Positions 24,607 through 37,019 of a stretch of 64,000 bases of DNA are shown piece by piece; the stretch's first letter is position 1, and every line of letters begins with the position of its first letter. The notes beneath the pieces are model-generated. The model did not search any database. It worked only from the letters and a program-made list of their open reading frames with translations, and was not told the DNA's origin. The DNA is from Octopus sinensis (lineage: Eukaryota): NCBI RefSeq assembly GCF_006345805.1, contig NC_043014.1, positions 17,732,001 to 17,796,000 on the forward strand. The letters run 5' to 3'. The translations under genes were made by a program, and so were the position numbers.

Positions 24607-25239
24607 ATTTATAGCTGAAAGATTAAAATTTAAATTAATCAAAGGACATATTAAGTATGTCTACCTGCTGGAAATAACAGTAAAAATTCTTATTTAAATC
24701 GTGGTCCGGTTTCTGTACTGGCAAAATAAAATCGCCTTAAGGTCATCAGCACGTGTTGCCATGAAAAGAGACCCAAAACTATTCGTATTGAAGTCTGCGC
24801 TGCAAGTGATTCGTTTTGCACCGAAATCAAATTCCGGCCACCAGTGAAAAAGATGCCCTCTATACAAGGGCAAACAATTTACGAGAAAATATATAATTCT
24901 CGAAAATTAATTTGCTAAGATATTATTAATTTTGTTATCATCTGGAATGACTAGTTTAAAAAATGATAATAACAGAATCTACTTCGGTTGATTTCTGTAG
25001 TTATCATCAGTGTAATTTTGGCGATTTAAATAAGAGCTTTGACTGTTATTTCCAGCAGGTTGACATACTTAGTATGTCCTTTGATGAATTTTAATTTTAA
25101 TCCTTCAGCTATTAAATGCTTTTCTTGGGCCAGCGATCACCTATATTATTAATTCTGTTATCATTTTTTAAAATAGCCATTCGAGATGATAACAAATTTG
25201 ATAATATCAGCAAATTAATTTTGAGAATTATATTTTTTC

Positions 25240-25645
25240 TCGCGGTTGACCTGGTGGAAACTGCGGGTTGGTAGATGATATGCAGTTTTTCGCGGAGGCA
25301 CAGCTGGCAATTAAGGGCGCTGGGTGAAAATGGTGGCGCCCTGTCGATAATAGTCTACTTGATGCTGGGTATTTCGTCTCGGGGGTTACGGAGTCTCCAG
25401 AGAAAGTGTGATAGGGAAGTGAAGTTCTCTCTGTCCCTGGATCTAAATGAATGCAAATGCTGGGAATAACATCCCTTGAAGTTATTGGCTGTCATGGCCG
25501 TGTAGTGCCTAGTAATGCCATTGGATGGTGTAAGGGTGGCTCTGTATACTACAACCCTTGAGAGACAGGGTCCTGATAGAGGGCAGGTAGTAGGGTTTCG
25601 AAAGTTGAAGGTTGGGGTTGGGGTTGTGATGTTTCCGGCAACAAG
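25240..25645 (-). mobile_element. Penelope-like element GIY-YIG/C-terminal fragment (Naiad/Chlamys-like motifs)
   Basis: Reads FNFRNPTTCPLSGPCLSRVVVYRATL..RHYTAMTANNFKGCYSQHLHSFR..FTSLSHFLWRL..SIK*TIIDRAPPFSPSALNCQLCLREKLHII, i.e. decayed CNCR/CPL.G.C, VVY..YIG and C.LC..EK motifs. Confidence 0.75.
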
Positions 25646-26000
25646 TCTGCTCCTCAATGACAAACTGATGGAAACTTTTTGTTTAAGTTCAGAAACAGTC
25701 AGATGATGAGAGACCCACGAAGTTTAAACACCTTTCCTTGTTCTTGAAGTTGTTTTATGAATGAAGTGTTTCGCTAATTCTCGTGTAGTTTGTGGTTTAT
25801 TTTCCTCAACTATGGTTTCAGAAGCTCAATATAGATAGAACCCTGCCGTCCAGCTTGAAGGGAATCTGGAAGAGAACAATTTCCTGGCTAAGCTTTCGTT
25901 ACTATGTTCGGAGGCTTCGTACCATTTTCATTGCTGAAAAGCCTCTTTTGAATTCCTACAGCATGCAGTATATGATATAGATCTGTTCTAACCTGGTGTA
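25646..26000 (-). mobile_element. Mariner transposase N-terminal remnant
   Basis: Fragments EFKRGFSA, IVEE..QTTRELAKHF and WVSHHLTVSELKQKVSISLSLRSRL (WVPHEL region), with frameshifts. Confidence 0.6.
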
Positions 26001-26295
26001 AAGTAATCTGCTGAGAAACATAAAAATCAAAAGAAAGAAACAAATATAACACCATTAGGCTGTGGAAATTATTTTATTTTACCGAAAATATTGAAAAAGT
26101 ATCCTATAAGTGATCATGTCAAAAATGCGACAAAATTATCTTTCCACCTTAATATCCATCCATCCATCCATCCGTTCCCCTCCCCCCACAAACTTGTATT
26201 ATATCACACGGATACTATAACTTGGAGTAGTTTCTTATATTAGACACGAGTCGAAAATTTTAGTACCGTACACCGCTCCTTAGCGTAAAACGATT

Positions 26296-26328
<33 letters not shown>

Positions 26329-26598
26329 TCTTTTTCCGTAATGAGATAAAAAAGCAAGGCTGTGTAGATTTTAGAATATTTATAAATGTTTTAAAATCTA
26401 CACAGCCATGGTTGTTTATCTCATTACACAAAAAAATTTATACACACACTGATATATGGCCTACGTTGGACCCCTTATTCGCATAATCACCGAACCTGGA
26501 ACTCAAGTATAATCTATCCATAGCACTTATTCAGTATTACCTGACACCATTACCTCTGATAACCTACATAACATATATATATATATATATATATATAG

Positions 26599-26671
<73 letters not shown>

Positions 26672-26677
<6 letters not shown>

Positions 26678-27306
26678 AAAGGAAATGAAGAAAATGCTGA
26701 CAAAATAATTTAAGTAATTTAATTAGGTGAAAGTTCTTTTTACCGGTTGCGCAATTGTTATGCCTATCAAAAGATATTTTTAAAGAGAGATAGAGTTCCT
26801 TTCTGATAGATTTTTTCATCTTATATGACTTTATGTTGGGTTTGCTGTCTCTTATACGTGAAAAAAGAGGCTCCAGAGTTGTTTAAGATTTGCTTGGTTT
26901 CGCGCCTAAAATTTCTTGTGGACAATGGTCAATACAATTTTGATTGGTCATTATGAAGGGGTCACGTGAATGTTTGAATGGAAGTTGGTGTTGGGGTAAG
27001 AAAAAAGGCTCCAGAGAAGTTAAAATTTGGCTAGTGTCGCGCCTAAAATTTCTTATTGGTCATAATAAAGAGGTCACGTGGATGTGGTCATAATAGAGAG
27101 GTCACGTGAATGTTTGGAATTTTCGAAAATAGCGTTGTTGAAAATTCTTATTGTTCAGGCTGGTCAGTAGACGTCATGTGGATATTTTGAATAGCTTTTT
27201 AGCGCGTAGTTAGGGAGTGTATTTTCCGCTTGACTGAATTTGAGCTGAATAAGTAAGTTCGTTTAGGACAGGAAGAGCTATATGTATGTATGTGTGTGCG
27301 TGTGGG

Positions 27307-27366
<60 letters not shown>

Positions 27367-30300
27367 ATATGTATGTTGGGTCGCGCGCGCGTGTATATAT
27401 GTGTGCGTGTGTGGGTACAATTTTCAATATTTATAGTTCTGCTGGCCTTGTGCCTGTATCAGGAAGCAACGTGTTTGTGTGAAGTCAATATTTACAGTCA
27501 TTTCCAAAAAATAGTGTTGGATGTTTTGCACCCGTATCCAATTATGTGTATGTGTGGAACCATATATTTGCGTGTGTCATGGTGTTAATATCTGGGTAAA
27601 AGTGTGTGTAGGGTGTGTGCAGGTGTAAGTGTGTTTGTTGTGGGTTCGTGTTAGGGGGATGTGTTTAGAAGTGGTCTGTATTTATTAATAAGGTGGGATT
27701 CCATGGTTATTCGCTGGGTATGAGTGGCATTGTCTTTAAATTTGTAGAGGGGAAAGATTCTAAAATTGGGATGAAGTTGTGCGGCACAGGTATCAATATG
27801 TGCACTAAGTGCTATTTTTCTGTATTATTGTATTTTTATTTGGGATCTGTGGACAGTCAATGCTTTGGCGGAGGCTATTTTAGTTTGGCCTATGTAGTGT
27901 TCATTACAGCCCGAGCAAGTTAAGACATATACTAGATTTTCTGATGCGCATGTGAAGTTGTGTTTTACTGTGAAACGTTGTCCTTGTTTAAAAAGGAATT
28001 CCGGACCTTCTATTAGGTTGATGCATATACCACAGTTGGGTCTATTGCATTTGTTTACTGTGGGTTTAGTTGTTGTGGTTGGCAGTACTTTGGCATTTGT
28101 TAGGATGGTTTTCAATGATTTGGGTTGCCTTTTGCTCTTTATGATTTCGTGTGTTAGGAGGATTTGGTTCATTCTATGGTCCTTTTTTAATACAGGAATG
28201 TTCTGGAGGATGGTGTCAAGAGCTTCATTGTTGAGGGGGTTGTGTGTAGAGATGTATGGTAGAGTATGGGGTTTCGATGTAACAGGTTTAGGGCGTCTAA
28301 GTTCCTGTGTGCTGAGTTTTAGGGCGCGTTGGATCCCATCGTCAATTAGTGACGTGGGGTGATCCCTGCTTGTTAATGTGTCCTTGAGTTCTTGTAGACG
28401 TAAGAGACGGGTGTTTTTATTGGAGACTATAGTGCAAATTCTCTTGGCTAAGTTATAGGGAATGTTAATTTTAACGTGTCTAGGGTGGCATGAATTGAAA
28501 GGGAGGTATTGCTTGGAGTCTGTGGGCTTGTAGTATATGTCTGTTTCTATTTTTTTGTTGTGAATTTTAATGAGGATGTCGGGGAAGGGAATTTGTTGAG
28601 GGCTGTATTCCATTGTGAAAATAATGTTTGTGTTGAGCCCATTTATAAGGGTGTGAAGTTCTTTAAGCTTCTTTACGGTTTCGGGCCAAAGGATGAAGCA
28701 GTCATCAAGATATCTCTTCCAGTTCTTCTCTATGTGTGTGTGGAGAGTGGTGCCAAATTGGTTAAGGACGTTATTATAGAGGGTGATTTCCAGGTATCCC
28801 ATGACTAGGTTGGCGTAAGTGGGAGCTGTTTTCGTTCCCACTGCCGTCCCTGATTTCTGTCTGTAGAATTTGTTGTTGAAGGTGAAGAAATTATTCTCTA
28901 AGATGAATTTGAGTCCTTCTAAAATAAATTCCTTTTTGATGCGGTGTGGGAGTTCGTTGGAGTAATTATCCATCAGAATTGGATAGCTTCTATTCCTAGG
29001 TTGTGGGGGATATTGGAGTAAAGATTAACTACATCGAATGTTACTAGCAGGGTTTGTTCTGCAAAAAGTGTTTTGGGGAGGTGGTTGAGCATATCTAGAT
29101 CGTCCCTTATGTAGCTTTTAATGTGTTTGAGGAACGGCTTGAGAAGGGTATCAAGGAAGTTGCTAAGGCGGTGGGTTTCCAAGCGGGACCTGCTATTATA
29201 GGTCTCAATTTGAGGTCATTTGGTGAGGGGACATTGATTACAGAGTTTGTGGCTTCCTTGCATGCCTTACTTATTAATTCGCTTTTATGAATTTTGGGAA
29301 TACCGTAGAAGAGGCTGGTTTTACTAGTGAAATTTGTGATGAAGTTGAATTCTTTGTTAGTGAGTTCTTCTTTGTGGGGGTTGATCAGGGTTTTTAAGTT
29401 TCTCATAATTTTCTGTTGATTGTAGTGTTCAGCCTTTTCGTAATATGTTCCATTTTCCAAGGTGGAGAGTGCTAAGTTAATATAGTATTCTGTCTCCATT
29501 AAGACTACTGCACTTCCTTTATCGGCCACTTTAATGGTGATAGATCTTTCATTTTTTAATTTGTTTAATTCTTCCCACTCTTTCTTGTTGAGGTTTGGTT
29601 TGGGTTTTGGTTTGTGTAAGTGTTGGTAGGGGAAGTTTGTAATGTGCTCACAGAATTCGTCTAGGATTTTATTTCTACCTTTTGGTGGGGTGTAGTTGCT
29701 TTTATTTTTAGCTAGTGACTCATCCTCATTGTGCTGGTTGAATAGTTCCTCACTAAGTCGCAATTTTCTACAAATTTCTGTAATGTCTTCCTTCATTTCG
29801 TAGTAGTTTGGACGTGGGGTGGGGTTGGTGTGAATTTCAGACCTTTGGAGAGTAAGTTGAGAAGGTTGGGGTTGGGTTCTGTATTGGTTAAATTGATGAC
29901 TTTAATTAGTTTCTGTTTCTCTTCCCTGTCCTGTGTTATTTTCTTTGCCTGTATCTGTGTGCTGTGTCTAAAAAATGGTTGGGGTAGAGGGGTTGTCTGT
30001 TGGTGTTAAGAGGTCCTGTGTGTTTTTTATATTCCTTGTTGTGAAATATGGTTCGGGTTCGTGGTTGTGGATAGAATGGGGTGTTCCTGTATTGCGGGTG
30101 TTGGTGTGTGTTTCTTTGTGTCGTGATGGATTGTGGTGATATGAGTGGCCTACGTGGGTGCTTGTATCGAGTGGTATGGGCTTGTTGTGTATTGTGAGAG
30201 TTGAGAAAGTGAAAATTACCTTGTTGTCCCCTCGTGGTGTGGATGTTGTTGTGTCTATCCTGGTAGTGGGATCCTCTTTTATTTGTTAATAAGGTATTCG

Positions 30301-31843
30301 AGTAGTTGTTGAGTTGTTGTGTATAGTGTCTCCTTGAAGGGGGAAATTCGATAATGTAATTCTGGTGGTGAGGGTTTCCAGGGTTCTTGTTCCTCCTTAT
30401 GGACGTGGGGTAAGAAGGTACATCGTCAATATGCTGTATCCTTCTTTTGTTCGAGGTTGGAGGGTTGGCGGAGTAGTTGTGTGGTTGGGTTCCTGGTTTT
30501 CCCATTTTTATGAACGGGTTATTGGAAGAGTAATCCGTTTTGAAAGTCGATTCATAGTTTAGGAACCAGGCGGCACTTTTTTCCCAGCGTTGTAGGGATT
30601 TTAGTTCCTCTTTGTTGCAGTCATCTTTCCATAACTTGGATATCTTCTCTATGTGTAGGCTTTTGGTTTTGTTATTTATTACGAGGAGGATCTCTTCATC
30701 GATTGTTTTGACTCTTAGTGCACATATTGATACCTGTGCCGCACAACTTCATCCCAATTTTAGAATCTTTCCCCTCTACAAATTTAAAGACAATGCCACT
30801 CATACCCAGCGAATAACCATGGAATCCCACCTTATTAATAAATACAGACCACTTCTAAACACATCCCCCTAACACGAACCCACAACAAACACACTTACAC
30901 CTGCACACACCCTACACACACTTTTACCCAGATATTAACACCATGACACACGCAAATATATGGTTCCACACATACACATAATTGGATACGGGTGCAAAAT
31001 ATCCAACACTATTTTTTGGAAATGACTGTAAATATTGACTTCACACAAACACGTTGCTTCCCGATACAGGCACAAGGCCAGCAAAACTATAAATATTGAA
31101 AATTGTACCCACACACGCACACATATATACACGCGCGCGCAACCCAACATACATATAAACACACACACACACACACACACACACGCGCACACACACACAC
31201 ACACGCACACACATACATACATATAGCTCTTCCTGTCCTAAACGAACTTACTTATTCAGCTCAAATTCAGTCAAGCGGAAAATACACTCCCTAACTACGC
31301 GCTAAAAAGCTATTCAAAATATCCACATGACGTCTACTGACCAGCCTGAACAATAAGAATTTTCAACAACGCTATTTTCGAAAATTCTAAACATTCACGT
31401 GACCTCTCTATTATGACCACATCCACGTGACCTCTTTATTATGACCAATAAGAAATTTTAGGCGCGACACTAGCCAAATTTTAACTTCTCTGGAGCCTTT
31501 TTTCTTACCCCAACACCAACTTCCATTCAAACATTCACATGACCCCTTCATAATGACCAATCAAAATTGTATTGACCATTGTCCACAAGAAATTTTAGGC
31601 GCGAAACCAAGCAAATTTTAAACAACTCTGGAGCCTCTTTTTTCACATATAAGAGACAGCAAACCCAACATAAAGTCAGATAAGAGGAAAAAATCTATCA
31701 GAAAGGAACTCTATCTCTTTTTAAAAATATCTTTTGATAAGCATAACAAATGCGCAACCGGTAAAAAGAACTTTCACCTAATTAAATTACTTAAATTACT
31801 TAAATTATTTTGTCAGCATTTTCTTCATTTCCTTTTTTATATA
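26672..31843 (-). mobile_element. Penelope-like retroelement (Neptune-like) with ~1.13-kb inverted terminal arms
   Basis: 26672-27809 is the near-perfect reverse complement of 30714-31843. The interior encodes PLE RT and GIY-YIG. (TA)n microsatellites lie at or near both ends. Confidence 0.92.
27651..30713 (-). pseudogene. PLE polyprotein: N-terminal region, reverse transcriptase, Cys linker, GIY-YIG endonuclease (5'-truncated, disrupted)
   Basis: RT motifs VTFDVVNLYSNIP, QKSGTAVGTKTAPTYANLVMG and WKRYLDDCF; linker CNRPNCGIC; endonuclease NLVYVLTCSGCNEHYIGQT. Frameshifts near 29.9, 29.15 and 28.97 kb. In-frame TAA at 27825-27827, after which the frame continues to ..KYRPLLNTSP* at 27651. Confidence 0.92.
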
Positions 31844-31872
31844 TCACAACTCATGTTCCACATCTCCTTTTT

Positions 31873-31937
<65 letters not shown>

Positions 31938-31945
31938 TATATATG

Positions 31946-32013
<68 letters not shown>

Positions 32014-32106
32014 ATATATTAACTATGTGAAACGAAGGCATTTCTCTTCCACTTATTATGTTTTCCACATATTTTCAAATATATATATTCATATATATAT
32101 ACATAC

Positions 32107-32190
<84 letters not shown>

Positions 32191-32196
32191 CATGTA

Positions 32197-32423
32197 CTCT
32201 TACTCTTTTACTCTTTTACTTGTTTCAGTCATTTGACTGCGGCCATACTAGAGCACCACCTTTAGTCGAGCAAATCAACCCCGGGACTTATTCTTTGTAA
32301 GCCCAGTACTTATTCTATCGCTCACTTTTGCCGAACCGCTAAATGACGGGGACATAAACACACCAGCATCGGTTGTCAATGCTAGGGGGACAAATACACA
32401 CACATACACACACAGACACACAC

Positions 32424-32497
<74 letters not shown>

Positions 32498-32659
32498 TTA
32501 CGATAGGCTTCTTTCAGTTTCCGTCTACCAAATCCACTCACAAGGCTTTGGTCGGCCCGGGGCTATAGCAGAAGATACCTGCCCAAGATGCCACGCAGTG
32601 GGACTGAACCCGGAACCATGTGGTTGGTTAGCAAGCTACTTACCACACAGCCACTCCTG
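32197..32659 (-). mobile_element. tRNA-headed SINE, family B
   Basis: Reverse complement of the 13894-14287 family, with an expanded internal (TA)n tract. Confidence 0.8.
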
Positions 32660-33690
32660 CATACATACATATAGTCAAGTCAGGGATGTCATATCCTCAT
32701 TAGGGATTAATAAATCCAGAACTTCACTGGTTTAATCTCCATCACATTAGAAGGAAATCCCCCCCCCCCGATGTCTTATGGATTATTTATTGTAGGTAAA
32801 ATTAATAAGGTATGAAACTGGAGAGTTGAGTATGTTTCGTTAATTTATTTGTATAATTGTTTGTTGTTAAGATTTAAATGCAAATAAATTTCTAAAAAAC
32901 ACAATAGAAAATTTTAAAAGCCTACATATGTTTCGATTCTGGCACCTTAATAATGGCTAATTCAAAGCATTTGGGTTAAATCCTATGTTAAGAATTTGTT
33001 ATCATTTTAAGCTCTAAGGGGTAGGATCTTTTCAGTTTTTTTTTGTTGTAATAAAACGAAGGTTACATATTTAAAATTTTATTTCTTAGATAGTGTGTAT
33101 GTATTTATTTACATATATACATATATACATATATACATATATACATATATACATATATACATAAATGGCGGTGCCCCAGCATGGCCACAGCTCGTGAGCT
33201 GAAACTAGAATCAATCAATCAATATCTATCTATCTGTATGTATGTATGTATGTATGTATGTATGTACGTACGTACGTGCATATGTATATAAATGTGTATA
33301 TATGTATCTATGCATGTATGTATGGATGATTGTTAAATATTTTAAGCATTTCTGTTTTTAGTATGCTCATTGTTGATTCGATTTAGTTTTATTTCGTGGA
33401 ATTGTTTGTTATATTTCCTATTGGAGATTCAAGCAGGGCAAAAATGATTAACGACATTTCGTCCGTCTTTAACGTTCTGAGCTCAAATTCCGCTTAGGTC
33501 GGCGCCGTGTTCCATCGATAAAATAAGTACCAGTCGTGCACTGGGGTCGATAAAATAAGTACCAGTTAAGCACTGGGGTCGTTGTAATCGACTTACCGCC
33601 TTCCTCTAAATTACTGGCCTTTTGTCAAAATTTTAAACCAGTGTTTAATGGTGGAGAAACTAAGCGATCTTCTGTATAGGAATTTCACCA

Positions 33691-34614
33691 TTGATCTTGC
33701 ATACTCGCGTCCCATGTCATTACCATCGTCTTATGTTCCCCTGGACTATGATATTCAATCCGTTAAGCATTCTGTCAATCGACATCTTTTAAATTTGTAG
33801 GTCCTCTTCTTTTCCGTCTTTGCACTCCCTTAAGCTGTAGTAGTCCCAAGCATCGTTTAGAACAAAGTCATATTAAGAAAAATACATAATATTGGTTTCA
33901 AGTTATGGCACAGGGCCAGCAGCTTCAGGGGAGGTGTAAGACGATTACATCGATCCCAGTGCCCAATTGGTACTTATTTTATTGCTCTCGAAAGGCTGAA
34001 AAGCAAAGTCGACCTCGGCGGAATTTGAACTCAGAACATAAAGACAGACAAAATACCTATTTCTTTACTACCCACAAGGGGCTAAACACAGAGAGGACAA
34101 AGAAGGACAGACAAACGGATTAAGTCGATTATATCGGCCCCAGTGTGTAACTGGTACTTATTTAATCGACCCCGAAAGGATGAAAGGCAAAGTCGACCTC
34201 GGCGGAGTTTGAACTCAGAACGTAGCGGCAGACGAAATACCGCTAAGCATTTCGCCCGGCGTGCTAACGTTTCTGCCAGCTCGTCGCCTTTATCAATTCT
34301 GTTGTGCTGTCGCTTTCAGATTATCAATACAATATTGAGTTCTCTAATACGGGCTTCAAATTCTGACACAAGCTCAGCAAGTACCGGGAGGGAGGTGGGT
34401 TAAGTCAATTACATTGACTCCAGAGCTCAAATGGTACTTATTTTATCGACCCCCAAAAAATGAAAGGTAAAGTTGATCTTGCATACTCGCGTCCCATGTC
34501 ATTACCATCGTCTTATGTTCCCCTGGACTATGATATTCAATCCGTTAAGCATTCTGTCAATCGACATCTTTTAAATTTGTAGGTCCTCTTCTTTTCCGTC
34601 TTTGCACTCCCTTA
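33691..34614 (+). repeat. Exact 142-bp direct repeat (33691-33832 and 34473-34614) bracketing stacked family-A SINEs
   Basis: Both copies read ttgatcttgcatactcgcgtccc...tttgcactccctta, with no visible mismatch. Confidence 0.85.
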
Positions 34615-36092
34615 TATTCTCCCTTATATTTGCACCCCTCTGATATTCTTTTCTACTCTAGGCACAAAGCCAGAAATTTTGGGGGAAGGGCCGTCAATTA
34701 GATCGTCAATGACCTCAGCGGAATTTGAACTCAGGATGTAAAGACGGACGAAATGTCGCTAAACATTTTGCCCAGTGTGATAACGATTCTGCCAGCTTGC
34801 TGCCCTGTTGATTTCTCTGATATTCTTTTCTACTCTAGGTACAAAGCCAGAAATTTTGGGGGAAGGGCCGTCAATTAGATCGACCCCAGTACGCAACTGG
34901 TACTTAATTTATCGACTCCGAAAGGTAAAATCGACCTCGGTGGAATTTGAATTCAGAACGTAATGACAGACGAAATACTGCTAGGCATTTCGCCCGGCGT
35001 GCTAACGTTTCTGTCAGCTCGACGCTTTGATTTCGCTAATATTAAGATGTCACATAATCTAGTTCTCTATTCCTACCCGTAACTTGACATTTAATCGCCA
35101 TATGTCTAAAAAGAGGTAAAATTTATCCAAGGTTCAAAATCTATAATCAAAAGTTGCAGAGGAAGAATTACAAAAAATAAAAAAGAAAAAAGAAAAAACT
35201 GAAGAAAAGATCTCTAAAACACTATGATACATATATTTTTCGCCTCAAATCAAATAATATTGAAAAGGTTTAGCATAAGCGGGAAAGAAACGAACTGATT
35301 TATCTGACATCCCAATATTAACTGCAGTCTCACGAATTTAGGGTGAATAGTATTAGCCTATTACCTGAAACTTTTTACAAAACTCGGAAAGGATGGGAAG
35401 CAAAGTTGATCCCACTTCTATTTAAATAAATACATCGAAAAATTAAAACAAAATCCAAGGCATGTGTTACCAGCGAGTTACCGATTGTGCCATTCACCGC
35501 CCTCACCTAATTAAAAATAATAATGACTCGGTGGTTCCTTCAACATTTCGACATTTTCCATGTCTAAAACATGACTTTAAAACACAGGAAGTCTTAGACG
35601 ATTCGCTTTCCGGTTTAGTCTAAATGTCATCTGGATTATGTTTGCTTGAAAGTTTGAAGCAGTAAAAGTCCACCCTACAGAATATAACATTATACTTTGG
35701 TAAAAAGGAAAGGAAAATGTTTATAATAAACAGGCGAGCTCGTGCCATTCAAAACTGACTCAACGAAAGAGCTTACGGTGGTTGTTGACCGGCTAGAAAT
35801 AGCGACCAAATCTCCCGTAAACTACACTCCAAGAAAGGATGTATTAATGTAGCTATGTTTGAAAGCAAAGACTGACTGGTCACTAGTGGAACGTCTTTGA
35901 ACTTAAGTCTGCAGTATGAGATCTGACCTGGGGTTTCAGCAAAAGAAAACCGCAGCAATAACGATAATCACAGAAACCTGATAAAATTAGCATCCAAATC
36001 TCCAAAGCGGTCCCCACCTTCATAAACGGTGAATATATTTGATAATGCATCAAATCTGAAAAATAAAACAGAATGGTAACAACAACAACAAC

Positions 36093-36134
<42 letters not shown>

Positions 36135-36180
36135 ACAACAACAAAACCAGCAACAACAGCAACAACAATAATAATAATTG

Positions 36181-36990
36181 CTCATTCCTCAGGTTGACCC
36201 TCCAGTTCCTGGCCAAAGCTTGGTCCTGCGCTGCCAGTATAGTGCTCTCGGTCTCTATTTCTTTTTTAGGGTTCCTTTCATCAGCCAATCCCACTTTTTT
36301 TTTCCAGCAACTTCCACAATCAATTCCATGTAGCCAGAAGTTACTGGAAAATAGGTGGGATTGGCTGATGAAAGGAACCCTAAAAAAGAGATCGAGAGCA
36401 GCGCAGGACCAAGCTTTGGCTACGAACTGGAGGGTCAACCTTAGGAATGAGAAAGTTTCTCCACTGTGCCGTATCTGCAATTGCCCATATCACGAACAAA
36501 TGCTTTAAACTTGCCCCAAACCACTAAAAGTTGTCGCGACACGACCAGATAGCGAAAGTGCTACACTGGAAAGTGTGCGAAAAGAGGGAGCGAGAAAGAG
36601 GCAAGACGTGGTATGAACACAAACCGCAGAGAGTGGCGGAGTCGGACACTAGCAAAATCCTCTGAGATTTCTCAATCTAAACAGATCAGTTGCTAGAGCA
36701 TAACAGCCCGGATCTAGTGGTGGTGGTCAAGGTGCACCACATATGTTATATAGTGGATGTTGCATGCCCCTTTGACCCACGAATAGTCAAGAAGGAAGGC
36801 GAAAAGATAGATACAACCCTCTTTAGTACAAAAAAGCCGGGCTATGGAAAATGAAGAAAGTAAAGATAGTGCCAATTATTGTTGGTTACTTGGAAACAGT
36901 ATCAGAAAGCATCAAGAAGAATATAAAGGAAACTGGAATAGAGTGCCCAGTAAAACTGTGACAAAAGGTTTGCCTCCTTCGCACAGCTTT
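36181..36990 (+). mobile_element. R4/Dong-clade (RLE) LINE 3' fragment with inverted 5' duplication
   Basis: AAQDQALATNWR..SPLCRIC (zinc-knuckle region), PDLVVV, DVACPFDPRI and KIVPIIVG motifs. 36181-36308 is an inverted copy of 36346-36450. (AAT)/(AAC)n on the left flank. Confidence 0.85.
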
Positions 36991-37019
36991 TTGTTTTCTG
37001 CATGATACCTCTGACCTTG

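Noticed and set aside
26672-27650. Expected hammerhead in the large PLE's terminal arm
   Set aside because: No CTGANGA..GAAA core was found by eye. The closest match (CTGATACAGGCACAAGGCC..) lacks key residues.
25350-27830. In-frame stops in the two PLE endonuclease regions as possible selenocysteine recoding (known in some Naiad PLEs)
   Set aside because: The stops are TAG and TAA, not TGA, so they are ordinary nonsense mutations.
29936-30505. 189-aa His/Gln/Thr/Asn-rich ORF
   Set aside because: It is the low-complexity N-terminal part of the disrupted PLE ORF, not a separate gene.
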